Shown here piece after piece: positions 47,683 to 55,416 of a stretch of 64,000 nt of DNA. The translations under genes and the position numbers were made by a program. Below the pieces are notes generated by a model that was not told the origin of the DNA, did no database searches, and saw nothing but the letters and a program-made list of their open reading frames with translations. Each line of letters opens with the position of its first letter. Position 1 is the stretch's first letter. This DNA comes from an uncultured Lachnospiraceae bacterium (lineage in GTDB: Bacteria > Bacillota > Clostridia > Christensenellales > UBA1242): contig CAYSOX010000002.1 of assembly GCA_964432825.1 (NCBI GenBank), positions 16,188 through 80,187 of the forward strand, given 5' to 3'.

Positions 47683-48421
47683 ATTGATTTATTGGAAATT
47701 AAACATATATAGATAATTTGATTTTTATGGGGGTTTTGTAGAAATAATCAAAGGCTATGTTTGGTGTTTTTGAAACCGGTGTTGGTTTATTAAGGTTTTT
47801 TGTTTTAATTTTTAGTGACCACTACGGGGTTTGATTTGCATATGCGTATATATTTATTGATTTTTTGAAACTTTGGTGGAATTGTTGATTTTTTGCATTT
47901 TGCTGAAAAAAATTTAATATGTACATATTGATACAAATATATATGCATATTGATGGATTTTTAGGTGTATATTTTGATATAATTAGCAGAAAATTTATAA
48001 TTTTTTGCTGAATTTTGTAAAAAATTGATGAAAAATGTGGGAAAAATTGTTAAACAAAGCAAATTTGGTTGACAATTTTTTTATTTAGTTTAAACTTAAG
48101 ATTTCACGGGAAAAAACTTTGGCGAGAGGGATATGGTGGCAGTTGTAGGTTTTTCCGTGAGGGCAGAAAGGAGAATGTAGTCAACTTGTTTTAATTTTTT
48201 ATATTTTAGTGTAAATAATCGTAAAAAATTTAAACTTTTTGGGTAAAATTTTAAGTTTTGGTGTTCAAACGAAAAAATAATTGTAAAAAGATAAAGGGTT
48301 TAACTATAAAACAAAAAATTAAGAATTAATCGAAAAAATTTGTTAAAACTTATATTTGAGAGATTTTAAAGCAGGTAGACAAAGTTTGCTTTTTGTGAAA
48401 ATATATTTTAAGGAGAAAAGA

Positions 48422-49327
48422 ATGGATAAAGTAGTTTTAATTGGATGTGGAAATGTGGGGGTAAGTTATGCATATAGTTTAATCAATAGTTCGGTACACG
48501 TTGATGAATTTGTGCTTATTGATGTTTTTAAAGAGGTTGCTGAGGGTCAAGCCTTGGATTTGTCGCACGCATGCAGTGCATTAAATAAAAGAATGAAAAT
48601 TTATGCGGGAGATTATTCGGATTGTGGTGATGCGAAAATTGTTTGCATCTGTGCCGGTCGAGGACAAGCGGTGGGTGAGACTAGAATGGATTTGATTAAT
48701 AAAAATTATGAAGTTTTTAAAAGCATTATTGGAGAGGTCGGCAAGACAAAATTTGATGGAATATATTTGGTTGCAACCAATCCGCTGGATGTAATGACGG
48801 CAATCACGCAAAAACTTTCAGGCTTCCCTAAAAACAAGGTTATTGGTAGCGGAACAACACTAGACACTGCAAGACTAAGAAGCCTTATAAGTAAAGAATT
48901 AAACTTAAACCCAAAAAATATTCATGCATATGTGATTGGTGAACATGGTGATAGTGAATTTATTCCATGGAGCAATGCAATAATTGGTTTAAATAAAGCA
49001 ACCGACTTTTTAAACAAGACTAAAAGAAATCAAATTTTAAAAGATGTTCGCCAATCCGCTTATGAAATTATTCAAAAGAAAGGCAATACTTGTTTTGGTA
49101 TTGGGGTATGTCTTAGAAACATCACAAAGGCAATCTTGGAAGATACCAATTCAATTATGACAGTTTCGTCTTTTGATGGTGTATATGGAACCTATTTGGG
49201 TCAACCCACCGTTGTTGGTTCGGACGGTGCTGAAAAGGTTATGCATTTGGAGTTAACCGAAGAAGAACAAACCGAGTTAAATGCTTCGGTTTCGGCTATA
49301 AAAAATGCATTAAAATCTTTAAACTAG
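48422..49327 (+). CDS. ldh: L-lactate dehydrogenase
   Basis: VVLIGCGNVGVSYAY (NAD-binding fold) and IGEHGDSEF. Start moved to the ATG at 48422 after AAGGAGAAAAG. The track ORF begins at an upstream TTG. Confidence 0.9.
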   Translation: MDKVVLIGCGNVGVSYAYSLINSSVHVDEFVLIDVFKEVAEGQALDLSHACSALNKRMKIYAGDYSDCGDAKIVCICAGRGQAVGETRMDLINKNYEVFKSIIGEVGKTKFDGIYLVATNPLDVMTAITQKLSGFPKNKVIGSGTTLDTARLRSLISKELNLNPKNIHAYVIGEHGDSEFIPWSNAIIGLNKATDFLNKTKRNQILKDVRQSAYEIIQKKGNTCFGIGVCLRNITKAILEDTNSIMTVSSFDGVYGTYLGQPTVVGSDGAEKVMHLELTEEEQTELNASVSAIKNALKSLN

Positions 49328-49595
49328 GGTAAAATTTCATAATATATCGACTTTTTATCTATTTTGGCGAAGAAAATATTGACAAATTAGTCATTTTGGT
49401 GTAGCATTTACAATGTAAAGCAATGGGAAGAGTCTGGGTGGTAAACGGTTGAAAAAGTTAAACTTTTAAGTTTTCTAGATTAAAACTTTAAAAAGCGTAA
49501 ATCAACTAGGCTTCAATTTTAATGCCCTCTAGTGCCCCCAAAAAGCAAAAATCCAACTTTTGGTAAATAAAAAAGGAAAATAAAAGGAAATTATT

Positions 49596-49652
49596 ATGTT
49601 TCAAACACTAAATAATAATAACAATAATAATTTAAACGCACAAAAATTTTAG
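49596..49652 (+). CDS. Candidate asnS leader peptide MFQTLNNNNNNNLNAQKF (8 Asn in 18 codons)
   Basis: SD AAAGGA lies 8 nt upstream of the ATG. There are seven consecutive Asn codons (AAT/AAC) plus one more. The stop codon lies 29 nt before a strong intrinsic terminator, and asnS is the next gene. Confidence 0.6.
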   Translation: MFQTLNNNNNNNLNAQKF

Positions 49653-49680
49653 TGGGTTCCTTTTGAGTTAAAAAAAATTT

Positions 49681-49720
49681 AAGTCACTTTTTAGGAAAAC
49701 ACTAAGAAGTGACTTTTTTT
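49681..49720 (+). terminator. Attenuator terminator in the asnS leader
   Basis: A 14-bp stem, AAGTCACTTTTTAG (49681-49694) with CTAAGAAGTGACTT (49702-49715, one G-U pair), loop GAAAACA, and a T7 tail. Confidence 0.8.
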
Positions 49721-49934
49721 AGGAGGGAATTATGGCAAGACGAAACGCCGTGGCGGGCGAAGGGATAAAATTAAATTAATAAAAAATGTAACAATTAAAC
49801 TTGTAAAATTGATATTATTTGTGCTAAACTAAAAAAGTAAAGAAAAACACAGTTTTATATAAAATAAGCCGAATTAATAAAAGGTGTTTTAAATGGGCAC
49901 AAGAAAACTTAAAAACTAAAATTAGGAGTAAATT

Positions 49935-51323
49935 ATGAAAAAAATTGATATTAAAATTTTAAATGAAGAATTTGAAAAGCATTCGGGAGAAATAGTAAAA
50001 GTTGCGGGCTGGGTAAAAAGTGTTCGAAATAGCAAAGATTTCGGATTTTTAACCATCACCGATGGTACATGTTTTAAACCTTTGCAAATAATTATTGATA
50101 CCACACTTGAAAATTTTGAAGCCGTTTCAAAGTTGATTGCCGGCTCAACGGTTATTGTAGAAGGTGAGGTTAAGTGTACTCCAGAAAATAAGCAACCTTA
50201 TGAACTTTTGGCACGAAATGTTGAAATTTTCTGTGCTACAGATAATGAATATCCTTTGCAAAAGAAGGGGCATTCGGTCGAATTTTTGCGTAAAATTGCT
50301 TATTTAAGACCTCGCTCAAACCTTTTCCAGGCAGTTTTTAGAATAAGAAGTGTTGCAGCACAGTCAATCCATAACTATTTTCAAAAGAACGGATATTTAT
50401 ATGTAAACACTCCACTTATCACAACTGCCGATTGTGAGGGCTCGGACCAAATGTTTAAAATCACCACACTTAAGTTTGATGATTTGCCAAAAACCGAAGA
50501 CGGAAAGGTTGATATGACTCAAGACCTTTTTGGAAAACAAGCATTTATAACGGGTTCTGGGCAACTTCATGGTGAGGCTTTTGCTTTGGCATTCAACAAA
50601 ATTTACACCTTTGGGCCTACCTTCAGAACGGAAAATTCAAACACAAAATATCATGCTAACGAATTTTGGATGATAGAACCAGAAATAGCCTTTTGCGACT
50701 TAGACGAACTTATGGATATAGAGGAAGATATGCTAAAGTCGGTGGTTGGTGATGTTTTAAGGGATTGTCCAGATGAATTGGCGTTTTTGAATCAATTTAT
50801 AGACAACACTTTACTTGAAAAACTTAACAAGTTGGTAAATAGCAAGTTTACCCGTATTGACCATAGCGAAGTTATTGATATCTTGCAAAAAGCCGATTGT
50901 AAGTGGGAATTTTATCCTGAACAAGGCGGAGATATCGCAAAAGAACACGAAAAATATATAACCGAATATTTCAATGGCCCGGTATTTATCAAAAATTGGC
51001 CAAAGGATATTAAGGCTTATTATATGAAGCAAAACGCCGACGGAAAAACGGTTGCTGCGGTAGATTTGGAAGTTCCGGGTGCTGGCGAACTTATGGGTGG
51101 AAGTCAAAGAGAAGAGTCTTATGAAAAGATTATGAAAAGGTGTGAGGAAATGGGTGTAGACACCTCTTCAATTGACTGGTATTTAAATTTAAGAAAATTT
51201 GGTTCTTGTGTTCACTCGGGGTTCGGGATGGGCTTCGAAAGATTGGTTATGTACCTAACGGGTGTAGATAACATTCGTGACACTATTCCATTCCCAAGAA
51301 CACCATTAAATTGTGCATATTAA
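49935..51323 (+). CDS. asnS: Asparaginyl-tRNA synthetase
   Basis: Class IIb synthetase: FGPTFRTENSNTKYHANEFWMIEPE (AsnRS-type motif 2 region) and GFGMGFERLVMYLTG (motif 3). Confidence 0.97.
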   Translation: MKKIDIKILNEEFEKHSGEIVKVAGWVKSVRNSKDFGFLTITDGTCFKPLQIIIDTTLENFEAVSKLIAGSTVIVEGEVKCTPENKQPYELLARNVEIFCATDNEYPLQKKGHSVEFLRKIAYLRPRSNLFQAVFRIRSVAAQSIHNYFQKNGYLYVNTPLITTADCEGSDQMFKITTLKFDDLPKTEDGKVDMTQDLFGKQAFITGSGQLHGEAFALAFNKIYTFGPTFRTENSNTKYHANEFWMIEPEIAFCDLDELMDIEEDMLKSVVGDVLRDCPDELAFLNQFIDNTLLEKLNKLVNSKFTRIDHSEVIDILQKADCKWEFYPEQGGDIAKEHEKYITEYFNGPVFIKNWPKDIKAYYMKQNADGKTVAAVDLEVPGAGELMGGSQREESYEKIMKRCEEMGVDTSSIDWYLNLRKFGSCVHSGFGMGFERLVMYLTGVDNIRDTIPFPRTPLNCAY

Positions 51324-51325
51324 AA

Positions 51326-51366
51326 TATTGCCGACAGCAAAATGCTGTCGGCATATTGGTTTTTAT
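51326..51366 (+). terminator. Intrinsic terminator after asnS
   Basis: A 10-bp GC-rich stem, TGCCGACAGC (51329-51338) with GCTGTCGGCA (51344-51353), followed by TATTGGTTTTT. Confidence 0.7.
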
Positions 51367-51374
51367 TTTAATAT

Positions 51375-51680
51375 TCCGCCCGACATTTGCGGACGGGCGG
51401 AACGAATTTTCCGTATCTTTGTTCATCTTTTCGGTAAAATATAAAAGGAATAGGTTTTTCTATAATATATTCTTTACTTATAAACAAAACCAACATCTTA
51501 TGCATTTCCACTTTAGTGAGTTATACTAGTAGATTTGCTTGAATTTTGAGAATAACACACCCAAAACAGATTCCCGATCTAGGTGACCCTGTCGGGGTTC
51601 TGTTTTGGGTGTGTTAACTCAAAAGGCAAGTAAAGATACGGACGACCATTTCCGCTCATCCGGTAAAGGTCAAGCGGAGT
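51375..51680. repeat. Structured GC-rich modular repeat, copy A
   Basis: Alpha module at 51375-51440: hairpin CCGCCCG..CGGGCGG followed by TCCGTATCTTTGTTCATCTTTTCGGTAAAAT. A long hairpin at about 51546-51622 with a perfect 15-bp core, ACACACCCAAAACAG/CTGTTTTGGGTGTGT. An inverted beta module at 51618-51680. The reverse complement of 51530-51645 matches 63660-63775 at about 90% when aligned by eye. Confidence 0.8.
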
Positions 51681-51740
51681 CTCACTTATAATCGATGCTG
51701 TAATCTTTTTGTAATTGCTCCAACTGGGCAATTGCCAAAA

Positions 51741-52415
51741 TTACTTCGTATAATAATCGGTGTCGTAATCTCTATTAAAGTGCTTTTGATATAATTCTTT
51801 TAATAATTTTTGACTAGTTTCAGAAACTTTAGGGTCGGAAGGGGTCGAAAAAACTCTAGATGAAGGTGGCAAATTTATTCCGTGGATACGCTTATAAATG
51901 TCAATAGAAGATTCGGTTGGATGAATCATTCTCTCCATTCTAATCACTTCAATTTCGGCATTTTTCGTTTTTTCGGCATTTTCAATTTTTGCCTTTTCAA
52001 GGGCAATTTCGTTTATATATGCACGCATAATTTTTTCGGATAATTGTGTTAGTTGTTTAGAATTTCCTACGGGTTCATTTAAAATTTTTAATATTTCTTC
52101 ATCAGAAAAATAATTTTCGTTGGGATTGCTTTTAGAAATTAAAATCCGCCAAGATTTTGGAATTTCATCAAAATATGAGTTTTCCATAATGTGTTTAAAA
52201 GCGGTGCTAGGGTTATAAATGCGGACAAATTGCAAGTGTTTGTTTAAAAAGAAAAAATCTTCATCATACTCATAATTATGCTCAATCTTTTTAAAATCGG
52301 GCAATCTTATAATCAATTGATTATCCGTGGTTTTGTAGGGAAGAATAAATGTTTTTCCTTCAAGTTCAAAGCACGCCCATTTTATATCTTTAAATCTTAA
52401 AACTTTTTGTTTCAT
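51741..52415 (-). CDS. Hypothetical protein
   Basis: RBS GGGGGC. 224 aa. No recognisable motif. Confidence 0.6.
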   Translation of the reverse strand: MKQKVLRFKDIKWACFELEGKTFILPYKTTDNQLIIRLPDFKKIEHNYEYDEDFFFLNKHLQFVRIYNPSTAFKHIMENSYFDEIPKSWRILISKSNPNENYFSDEEILKILNEPVGNSKQLTQLSEKIMRAYINEIALEKAKIENAEKTKNAEIEVIRMERMIHPTESSIDIYKRIHGINLPPSSRVFSTPSDPKVSETSQKLLKELYQKHFNRDYDTDYYTK

Positions 52416-52717
52416 ATATGCCCCCGCTTAATTTAATAATTTAATGGTATAACGAAAATTAAAAATTGTCAATACTAAAGCCAAAAATTGGTGGGGTATA
52501 CTAAAATTTGTCAATATAAAAGCACTAAAATTTCCCGTGTATATAAAAATTATGGGTAGAAAAAATTAAACTGCAGTGCAATTATTTGTGGAAAAGTTCG
52601 AAAAAAATGTATAAAAAAAGAAATAAATTTCATTAATTAGTGCAATTAACTTGAAATTTTTAAAAGTTGTGATAAAATAGTTAAATAGTAAATTAAAATA
52701 TACAAAGGAGTAAATTT

Positions 52718-53353
52718 ATGAAAAAATTTTTTAAAGAATTTAAAGAATTTATCAGCCGTGGCAATATTGTAGATATGGCTGTCGGTGTTATTGTCGGCGG
52801 TGCATTCAGCACAATCGTAACCGCATTAACAAACAAAATCATTATGCCTTTTATTAACTGGATTCTTTCTGCTGGTGGAGAGGGTGAAAATGGTTTAGAA
52901 AAAGCCTTCACCTTTTTAAGAAAAGTGTATGATGAAAACGGTGCAGTTGACCTTGAAAAGAGTATTTACATTGATTGGGGTTCATTTATCACTGCAATTA
53001 TTAACTTCTTCTTAATAGCACTTGTTCTATTTATCATCCTAAAGGCTGTTATGAAGGCAAATGCACTTATGAAAGAAGCGGTAGACGAAGCAAAAGACAA
53101 GTCTAAGCGTGAAGAAAAACGCGAATGCCGTGCAAAAGCAAAGGCTGAGGGCAGAAAGTATAAAGAGGTTTGGGCAGAACTTCAAGCCGAAAAGAAGGCT
53201 AAAGCAGAAGAGTCTGCAAAACTAAAGGCTGAAGAAGAGGCTAAACGAAAAGCCGAAGAAGAGGCAACCAAGATTGCTACAAGCAACAAAGAAGAAGAAT
53301 TGCTTTCTCAAATTAGAGATTTGCTAGCACAACAAATCGTATATAAAAAATAA
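52718..53353 (+). CDS. mscL: Large-conductance mechanosensitive channel MscL with an inserted K/A/E-rich segment
   Basis: FKEFISRGNIVDMAVGVIVGGAF and the C-terminal EELLSQIRDLL. About 60 extra residues of KAKAE-type repeats lie before the C-terminal helix. Confidence 0.9.
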   Translation: MKKFFKEFKEFISRGNIVDMAVGVIVGGAFSTIVTALTNKIIMPFINWILSAGGEGENGLEKAFTFLRKVYDENGAVDLEKSIYIDWGSFITAIINFFLIALVLFIILKAVMKANALMKEAVDEAKDKSKREEKRECRAKAKAEGRKYKEVWAELQAEKKAKAEESAKLKAEEEAKRKAEEEATKIATSNKEEELLSQIRDLLAQQIVYKK

Positions 53354-53539
53354 GAAAAAACACTAATTGCGGTTTTTATATCCCAAAAGTTGGATAAAAA
53401 TTTAATAATAAAATTGTTTATTTTGAGTTCGGTATTTTATCGGACTCAATTTTTTTATTCGGAATTTTTTAAAACAGAATTTTCACATACTGTTACAGCC
53501 CCTCATATATTGAATTAACTTAAAAATTGGGGGAAGAGA

Positions 53540-54856
53540 ATGGCAAAATATTTCGGAACGGATGGAATCCGCGGAGAGGTGGGAAAGGTTGTTAATTTCA
53601 AACTTGCAAGAAATTTAGGGATGGCACTAATAAAATATCGACCAAATGCAAAAGTTGTCGTTGCAACGGATACTCGTCCAAGTGCGGTGGTTTTAAAACA
53701 AGGATTGTTTTTGGGATTAGTCAATGGCGGTGCTGAAGTGGTGGATGTTGGGGTGTGTCCAACGGCAGGCGTTTCCTTTTTGACTGAGGTGTTAAATGCG
53801 GATTTTGGTGTGGTGATAACAGCATCGCACAATCCTCCAATGTATAATGGCTTAAAAGTTTTTAATAAAAATGGCGAAAAATTATCGGTTGCCGAGGCTG
53901 AAGCCATAGAAATGTTGATGGAAGAAGAGTTTGAATTAAATTATTTTTCCACAGGGATTGTAAAAACGCGTTTTAAACTTGTGGAACTATATATTGAATA
54001 TTTAGTAAATGCAACAGATGTGTCGCTTGAGGGCTTAAAAATAGTTCTAGACTGTGCAAACGGCGCGGGTGTTGTGGTTGCTAAAAGGGTTTTTGAAGAT
54101 TTAGGGGCGGAAGTTTTACAGATTGGCGGAAGCACTAATGGAGTTTATATAAATGATGGGTTTGGGGCGTTGCACCCTGAATTGCTTTGCGAGGAAGTTA
54201 AAAATAGAGGTGCCAATTTGGGGCTTGCGTTTGATGGTGATGCCGACCGCCTAATTGTGGTAACATCGGACGGAAGCATTTTTAATGGTGACCAAACGCT
54301 CTTTGTTTTGGCAAACTATTTGAAAACTCAGGGAAAATTAAAGAAAAATTCGGTGGTTGTTACGTTGGAAACCAATCAAGGAATAATTATTGCCTTAAAA
54401 AATTTAGGGGTTAATTGTGAAGTTGTTTCGGTGGGTGACCATTTTGTGGTTGAAAAAATGGCAGAGAAGGGCATAAGTCTTGGCGGTGAGCGGTCGGGAC
54501 ATATCATTTTGGGTGATTTTGCAAAAACCGCCGATGGGATTTTGGCGGGTGTTATGCTTTCTGGTATTGTAAAACAAACGGGTAAAAGTTTAAACGCACT
54601 TTCGTGTAAAAGTTTACGAAAATTTGCCGAAAGAAATTATAAAACTTGTAAAGCCGACTTTATTCTAAAGAATAAAGATGTGGGTGAGGTTGTAAACTTT
54701 GTGTCAACAAGTCTGGGTGATTTTGGGCGAGTTTTGGTTCGAAAAAGTGGAACGGAGGATGTTGTTCGGGTTTTGGTGGAGTCTGAAAGTATGGCACTTG
54801 CAAATTGTTATGCCGACCAAATTTTAACTTGCATTAAAACCGTGGACGAAAAATAA
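53540..54856 (+). CDS. glmM: Phosphoglucosamine mutase
   Basis: YFGTDGIRG, the active-site ITASHNPPMYNGLK, and the metal site FDGDADR. Confidence 0.95.
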   Translation: MAKYFGTDGIRGEVGKVVNFKLARNLGMALIKYRPNAKVVVATDTRPSAVVLKQGLFLGLVNGGAEVVDVGVCPTAGVSFLTEVLNADFGVVITASHNPPMYNGLKVFNKNGEKLSVAEAEAIEMLMEEEFELNYFSTGIVKTRFKLVELYIEYLVNATDVSLEGLKIVLDCANGAGVVVAKRVFEDLGAEVLQIGGSTNGVYINDGFGALHPELLCEEVKNRGANLGLAFDGDADRLIVVTSDGSIFNGDQTLFVLANYLKTQGKLKKNSVVVTLETNQGIIIALKNLGVNCEVVSVGDHFVVEKMAEKGISLGGERSGHIILGDFAKTADGILAGVMLSGIVKQTGKSLNALSCKSLRKFAERNYKTCKADFILKNKDVGEVVNFVSTSLGDFGRVLVRKSGTEDVVRVLVESESMALANCYADQILTCIKTVDEK

Positions 54857-55378
54857 GCCTATTTTATCCCATTGCCCGATATAATAAATGGTTTTTTGAT
54901 GTAAGGGTATAACACAATTTGGTGTTAATTGAGGGCGATGTGGGCTTGTAAACACAAATTTTTCAGTGTCGAATTTTTATAGATATTAAAAAATACTTAA
55001 TTTAAAGCCCAATTAGGATAATTTTCGCCGGTAATTTGCTTAAATTTTTTTAAAAACCCATGCTGGTTCAGTGTGCAAAAATTTTTGAAAAACCTCCGTC
55101 GGTAGGGCAAGTATAAGTTTATGAATAGCGCTTCCGAGTTCAGTGTGTATATATTTATGATGAACTTTTACTAGTAAGGTATAATTAAATTTTTTGAAAG
55201 ACCGCCGTCGGAACGATATGCTTAAATTTTCGCAAAAATAATACAAAAACCGGATTTGTGTAAGTAGGGTTTACGCGTGTATTTGGTTTTGTTGTGTTTT
55301 TACAAAAAAATAATGACAGTGGGGTTGATTTCTCTCGCATTTAGGTGGGTGGATGGGTGGAAATTTAACAATTTTCTC

Positions 55379-55407
55379 TTGTAAAAGTCTTTTAGTTTTG
55401 TTATAAT
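55379..55407 (+). promoter_or_regulatory. Candidate promoter ending 10 nt before the ABC-F start codon
   Basis: TTGTAA (55379-55384), a 17-nt spacer, then TGT-TATAAT (-10 at 55402-55407). The ATG is at 55417 with no SD between them. Confidence 0.6.
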
Positions 55408-55416
55408 ACTGTTGTT

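Noticed and set aside
48000-48420. A Rex operator (TTGTGAA-N4-TTCACAA) upstream of ldh.
   Set aside because: I found no match. The TCACGGG..CCGTGA inverted repeat has a 34-nt spacer and fits an RNA stem better than a Rex site.
49433-49450. A T-box riboswitch upstream of asnS, suggested by GGGTGGTAAACGG resembling the T-box core GGGTGGTACCGCG.
   Set aside because: Only the first 8 nt match. The string lies about 50 nt from the only promoter-like sequence, too short for stems I-III. No specifier loop or adjacent terminator pairing could be drawn. The real terminator is 240 nt downstream, behind the leader peptide.
51311-51529. A 72-aa + strand ORF overlapping the end of asnS and the structured repeat.
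   Set aside because: It starts inside asnS in another frame, has no RBS, and runs through hairpin repeat modules that also occur in the opposite orientation at 63.5 kb.
51375-51680. Group II intron domain V, suggested by the CCGTAT string, or a retron msr/msd.
   Set aside because: The flanking sequence does not form the 34-nt domain V helix. No reverse transcriptase or intron-encoded protein ORF is present in the window.
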